DNA of 64,000 nucleotides from Zymobacter sp. IVIA_12111.31 C1 (GTDB lineage Bacteria; Pseudomonadota; Gammaproteobacteria; Pseudomonadales; Halomonadaceae): NCBI RefSeq assembly GCF_047495495.1, contig NZ_CP179930.1, positions 1,595,077 to 1,659,076 of the forward strand, read 5' to 3'. Shown piece by piece: positions 59,890 to 64,000 of this stretch (position 1 is its first letter; each line of letters starts with the position of its first letter). The notes under the pieces were generated by a model. It saw only the letters and a program-made list of their open reading frames with translations, ran no database searches and was not told where the DNA came from. The position numbers and the translations under genes were made by a program.

Positions 59890-62800
59890 TCATGCGGTCA
59901 GTGCACGGCAGAGCACCTCGACATAGGGGGATTTCAGCATCTGTACATGGTTGCCTTGGCTGCGTACCACCTCCACCTGCGGCCAACGCTGCTGCCAGCG
60001 ATGTGTCGCAGTGGCATCAGTATCCGCCGCAACGACCAGTGTTGCAGGAGCCTGTGGCAGCTGCGTCGGACAATAGCCCGAGCGCAGGTTGATGGCGAGC
60101 ACACGCAGGATGCTGTGTAGCGACTCTAGCGGTGTTCGCGCCGACATGATACCGGCCGATGTGACCGCTCCGTGCAGAGCCGTCAGCCGCTGGCGTGGCG
60201 TCATACGGGCTAGACGCTCTCGTTCCAGCGTCAACGGCACGCCCTGCATCTCCAGCAGGTCGATCAGCTTCTGCAACGCCCCCAGCGACGAGATTTCCTT
60301 ACGCTCGCACTCGGGTACCCGGCTGTCAGCGATGACCACACGCGCAAGCGCTATACCCTCTGCTTCCAGCTGCTGGGCCAGTGCTAGGGCGACCCAGCCA
60401 CCAAACGAATGCCCAACAATATACAGTGGCCCGGCAGGCAACTGCCCCTCCAGCGATCGCCGATAGAAGGCGGCCGCCGAGGTCGCATCGCTGTGTGGTA
60501 CCTCCTGTCCCCACAGTCCGCGGGGCTGAAGACCGATGACATGCCAGTCGGACGGCAGGCTGCGCACCAGCGGCATGAACGAGAACACGTTGTCGCCCGC
60601 CCCGGGAATGCACAGTACGGTCGGAGCCCCAATTTGGCCACTTTGAAGCGTCATAGCTGGCATATAGCGAGACGACGGTACGGCGGCCCGACGCGTTTTG
60701 AGCGTTTCGGAAATCGCTTCGCCCAGTGTATGCACATAGGGTTCGGACACCATGCGGGCATGGGTACCGGGTACGGCAGTGCACACAACCTGCGCCTCCG
60801 GCAGCACGCGATGCCAGCCCAACCCCTCTTCGGCCTGCTCGGGTTCATCGGCAGCCACAAACAGGTCGATCACGATCGGCAGTCGCGGCACGTCATATTC
60901 GGCGCTCAGCAGCGCCAAACGGTGCGTCAGCCAGCCGTGGTAGTACTCAGGCGACCATCCTGCCGGCAGCATATCGAGGGACTGCCCCAGCGTGTAGTGC
61001 ACTTCCCACAGAGGCAGCGTGCGGGATAGCGCTTCCGCCTGTGCACGCAGCGCATCAGTGGTCGCCAGCGCGTCGATATCCCCTTTGACGAGGTAGTTCA
61101 TGCGCTGTTCGTCATCCGGCAACGCGAACAGCTCATCCATGGCAACGACGCGCCCATCGTCGCGATCGGGCAAGCGGGTGTCGAGCATGCCGACGAACTC
61201 AACACTCTGATCCTGCCCCATTAACTGGGCCGCCACTTCGTAGGCCATCACGCCGCCGAACGACCAACCCAGCAAGCGATACGGCCCTGCCGGCTGCACC
61301 TCACGTATCATCCCTACCAGGCGTGCTGCGGCCCCCTCCACTGTCTGTAAGGCGGGCTGACGGCGATCCGGCGCGGGAAGGCCATACACAGGAATATCAC
61401 TGTCGATACAGGAGGTCAGCAACGGTCCGTAGAACAGCTCTCCGCTGGCCTCGGGCACGATAAACAGCGGACGCTCGCTGCCCGTACTACGGAACGCAAT
61501 GGGAGCATCGGCATTCTGTGCTAGCGGTAGCGCCTCACCTAGACGCTCGGCCAGCTCGCTCAGGCGCGACGCGGAAAATAGCGTCGCAAGCGGTATTTCA
61601 ATGCCCTGCTGCTGCGCTTCATTGACCAAGCGCACGGCCATCAGTGAATGCCCCCCCAGCGCGAAGAAGTCGTCGTGACGACCGACCTGTTCCACGCCCA
61701 GCAGACGTTGCCACAGTGCAGCCAGCTGGCATTCTAACTCACCTTGTGGGGCTTCATAGGCGGCCTGCAGATAGGTCGCTGCGTCCGGTTCGGGCAGCGC
61801 ACGGCGATCCACCTTGCCATTGGCAGTGAGCGGAATCTCCGCCAACGGCATCCACGCAGAAGGCACCATGTAGTCCGGCAGGCGCAGACTTAGCCGCTGA
61901 TTCAATGTCTCAGGGTCAATGTGGTGCCGTTCATGGCAGGTGTAGTACGCCACCAAGCGTTTCTCACTGGCCTCAGTGCCACGCGCTTCGACCACGGCAT
62001 GCTGCACTTCGGGGCAGGCCAGCAGTGCGGCTTCGATTTCACCCAGTTCGATACGGAATCCACGCAGTTTGACTTGGAAGTCGTTGCGGCCTTGGAACAT
62101 CAGTGTGCCATCCGCCAGCCAGTAGCCCAGGTCGCCAGTGCGGTAGAGACGCGCGTTGGGCGCGGCGGGCATTGCTGTAAAGGGATCAGGCACGAAACGT
62201 TCGGCCGTTTGTTCTGGCAGGTTCAGGTACCCTTCCGCGACCCCGTCACCGCCGATATACAGCTCGCCCGTCACACCGATCGGCACCGGCTGCTGGAAGG
62301 CATCCATCACGTAGACCGTGGTATTGCTGATCGGGCGACCAATGGGCATCTGTGGTACGTCGGGATTGGCATCGTTCATGCGATAGGCCGTCGCAAAGGT
62401 CGTGGTTTCAGTCGGCCCATAGACGTGCAGAAAATGCTGTGGCGGCCCTTCACGCAACGCACGACGAACGAAGGCGGGATCCAACGATTCCCCCCCGACC
62501 ATCAGATAGCGCAGCGCAGGCAGATAGCGCTGTAGAGCGTCGGCATGCTGGTTAAACAACGCGATAGTCATGAACATCACGGTGACACGGTGATGTTCCA
62601 GCGCCGCAGTGAACGCCTGTGCATCCATCACGGTATCGTGATCAAACACCACCAGACAGCCACCGCACAGCAGTGCGCCCCACAGTTCCATAGTGCTGGC
62701 GTCGAAGGCGGGATTGGCCAGACACGCCACGCGGTCATGCGCATCAAAGGCCGCATAGCCATTGGAGAAGATCAGGCGCAGTACGCTGCGCTGGCTGACC

Positions 62801-64000
62801 ATCACCCCTTTGGGGCGTCCCGTCGAGCCGGAGGTGTACATGATATAGGCCAGTGCGGGACTGGCCGGATCATGTGCGCGCCCGGGGTTGATGCATGGCT
62901 CGCTCAATGGCGCGGCCAGACACTGCTCGGGATCAAGCACGGTCAGCCCCAGCGGCCAGGGTGCAAACGCCGCACTGGCGTCTGCCGAGGCCAGCAACAG
63001 GCGCGGCGCGCTATCGGCTAGCATGAACTGCGCACGCGATGCGGGATAGTGCGGGTCGATCGGCACGTAGCAGCCCCCAGCCTTCAGAATCGCCAACAGG
63101 GCCGTGACCAGCAGCTCGCCCCGTGGCAAGGCTACCGCTACGCGATCGTGGGGTTGCAACCCTTCTCGCAGCAGTCGATGCGCCAATCGGTTGGCACGCT
63201 CGTTTAGCTCGCGATAGCAACAGGTGTGCGTTCCTTCAACTACAGCAATGGCCTCGGGCGTTGCCGCCACCTGCGCTTCGAACATCGCCGCGAGGGAGGC
63301 ATAGCGTGGGTAGTCGCGCTGGGTCGCATTGAAGGTACCGGTGACCGTTTCGTATTCCACCGGCGAAAGGATAGACAGTGACATCACGGGACGTTCTGGC
63401 GTCGCCGCCATGCCTTCCAGCAAACGTGCCCAGTATCCTTGCCAGCGGTTGACCGTTGCTTCGTCAAACAACGCGGTGGCGTAGCGCAGCACACCTCGTA
63501 CCTCACCCTCCTGTTCGTTCAGCTCAAGGCTGAGATCACACTGAGCGGTGTGCAGGTCGATGGGAAGCACGGTCGCGGAAAGACCGCTCAGCGTCGGTTG
63601 TTCTCCCCCCTGCGCCTGCCAGCCCAGCATCACCTGAAAGACTGGGCTATGAGCAAGGCTGCGGCGCGGCGATACCGCTTCGACGATCTGCTCGAATGGG
63701 ATGTCTGCGTGCTGCTGGGCGTTCAGCACGGTCTCGCGCACGGCGGCCAACAGTCGCACGCTATCCACGTCACCCGGCACGCCAACGCGCAGTGCCTGTG
63801 TGTTGACGAACATGCCAATCAGCGGTTCCAGCTCGTAACGCTGGCGACCCGCCGTCGGCGTTCCAATCACGATATCGTCCTGCCCCGATAGACGGGCCAT
63901 CAGCGCTGCCCACGCCGCCACTAGGGTCATGTAGAGCGTGCACCCCTGCGCACGACTCAGCGCATGCAGTCGCGCCACCAGCGGTGCCGGTAACACAACG
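59890..64000 (-). CDS. Non-ribosomal peptide synthetase, 3'-terminal module (partial, running off the window). Domains read from the translation: C-domain C-terminal part (about 63355..64000), A domain (about 61780..63355), PCP (about 61510..61750), TE1 (about 60730..61480), TE2 (about 59890..60700)
   Basis: A-domain cores YRELNERANRLA, YIMYTSGSTGRPKGV, YGPTETT, GELYIGG.GVAEGY, YRTGDLG, NGKVDRRAL; PCP GGHSL; two alpha/beta-hydrolase nucleophile elbows GWSFGG and GHSFGG. Confidence 0.85.
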   Translation of the reverse strand, partial: VVLPAPLVARLHALSRAQGCTLYMTLVAAWAALMARLSGQDDIVIGTPTAGRQRYELEPLIGMFVNTQALRVGVPGDVDSVRLLAAVRETVLNAQQHADIPFEQIVEAVSPRRSLAHSPVFQVMLGWQAQGGEQPTLSGLSATVLPIDLHTAQCDLSLELNEQEGEVRGVLRYATALFDEATVNRWQGYWARLLEGMAATPERPVMSLSILSPVEYETVTGTFNATQRDYPRYASLAAMFEAQVAATPEAIAVVEGTHTCCYRELNERANRLAHRLLREGLQPHDRVAVALPRGELLVTALLAILKAGGCYVPIDPHYPASRAQFMLADSAPRLLLASADASAAFAPWPLGLTVLDPEQCLAAPLSEPCINPGRAHDPASPALAYIMYTSGSTGRPKGVMVSQRSVLRLIFSNGYAAFDAHDRVACLANPAFDASTMELWGALLCGGCLVVFDHDTVMDAQAFTAALEHHRVTVMFMTIALFNQHADALQRYLPALRYLMVGGESLDPAFVRRALREGPPQHFLHVYGPTETTTFATAYRMNDANPDVPQMPIGRPISNTTVYVMDAFQQPVPIGVTGELYIGGDGVAEGYLNLPEQTAERFVPDPFTAMPAAPNARLYRTGDLGYWLADGTLMFQGRNDFQVKLRGFRIELGEIEAALLACPEVQHAVVEARGTEASEKRLVAYYTCHERHHIDPETLNQRLSLRLPDYMVPSAWMPLAEIPLTANGKVDRRALPEPDAATYLQAAYEAPQGELECQLAALWQRLLGVEQVGRHDDFFALGGHSLMAVRLVNEAQQQGIEIPLATLFSASRLSELAERLGEALPLAQNADAPIAFRSTGSERPLFIVPEASGELFYGPLLTSCIDSDIPVYGLPAPDRRQPALQTVEGAAARLVGMIREVQPAGPYRLLGWSFGGVMAYEVAAQLMGQDQSVEFVGMLDTRLPDRDDGRVVAMDELFALPDDEQRMNYLVKGDIDALATTDALRAQAEALSRTLPLWEVHYTLGQSLDMLPAGWSPEYYHGWLTHRLALLSAEYDVPRLPIVIDLFVAADEPEQAEEGLGWHRVLPEAQVVCTAVPGTHARMVSEPYVHTLGEAISETLKTRRAAVPSSRYMPAMTLQSGQIGAPTVLCIPGAGDNVFSFMPLVRSLPSDWHVIGLQPRGLWGQEVPHSDATSAAAFYRRSLEGQLPAGPLYIVGHSFGGWVALALAQQLEAEGIALARVVIADSRVPECERKEISSLGALQKLIDLLEMQGVPLTLERERLARMTPRQRLTALHGAVTSAGIMSARTPLESLHSILRVLAINLRSGYCPTQLPQAPATLVVAADTDATATHRWQQRWPQVEVVRSQGNHVQMLKSPYVEVLCRALTA

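Overview
This is a high-GC (about 60-65%) gammaproteobacterial chromosome segment, Halomonas-like judging by gene content. It contains (i) an aerobic cobalamin gene cluster (ChlI/ChlD-like chelatase subunit, cobO, cobB, cobE, cobW, cobN, cobQ) with several ATGA/TGATG translationally coupled junctions; (ii) housekeeping and accessory genes (lipoprotein, ArnT/PMT-like membrane glycosyltransferase, ansA, LysE/LysR pair, ppnN, patD-gabT GABA-shunt pair); (iii) a roughly 5.6 kb low-GC (about 35-42%) horizontally acquired island at 22.9-28.5 kb carrying an atypical McrBC-like type IV restriction module (McrB with an unrecognised 225-aa N-terminal domain and an insertion in the GTPase core, plus McrC with a PD-(D/E)xK motif) and a convergent, extremely AT-rich 8-TM protein of unknown function; (iv) an OYE reductase, a flotillin/NfeD pair, a DUF969/DUF979 transporter pair, aminotransferase + GMC oxidoreductase, and otsBA; (v) an unusual small biosynthetic-looking locus (sulfotransferase, MFS exporter, stand-alone condensation-domain protein with a possible poly-C frameshift, amidinotransferase, ATP-grasp ligase) interrupted by a 22-copy heptanucleotide microsatellite; (vi) a complete arn (L-Ara4N lipid A modification) operon in the order arnT-arnBCAD-EF; (vii) a Cro-like / duplicated CI-like HTH regulator cassette; and (viii) the 3' part of an NRPS gene (C-A-PCP-TE-TE termination module) running off the window edge. 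A roughly 130 bp element is present in two copies, one of them exactly at the left border of the low-GC island. All calls rest on reading the supplied ORF translations and the raw sequence; no database searches were run.
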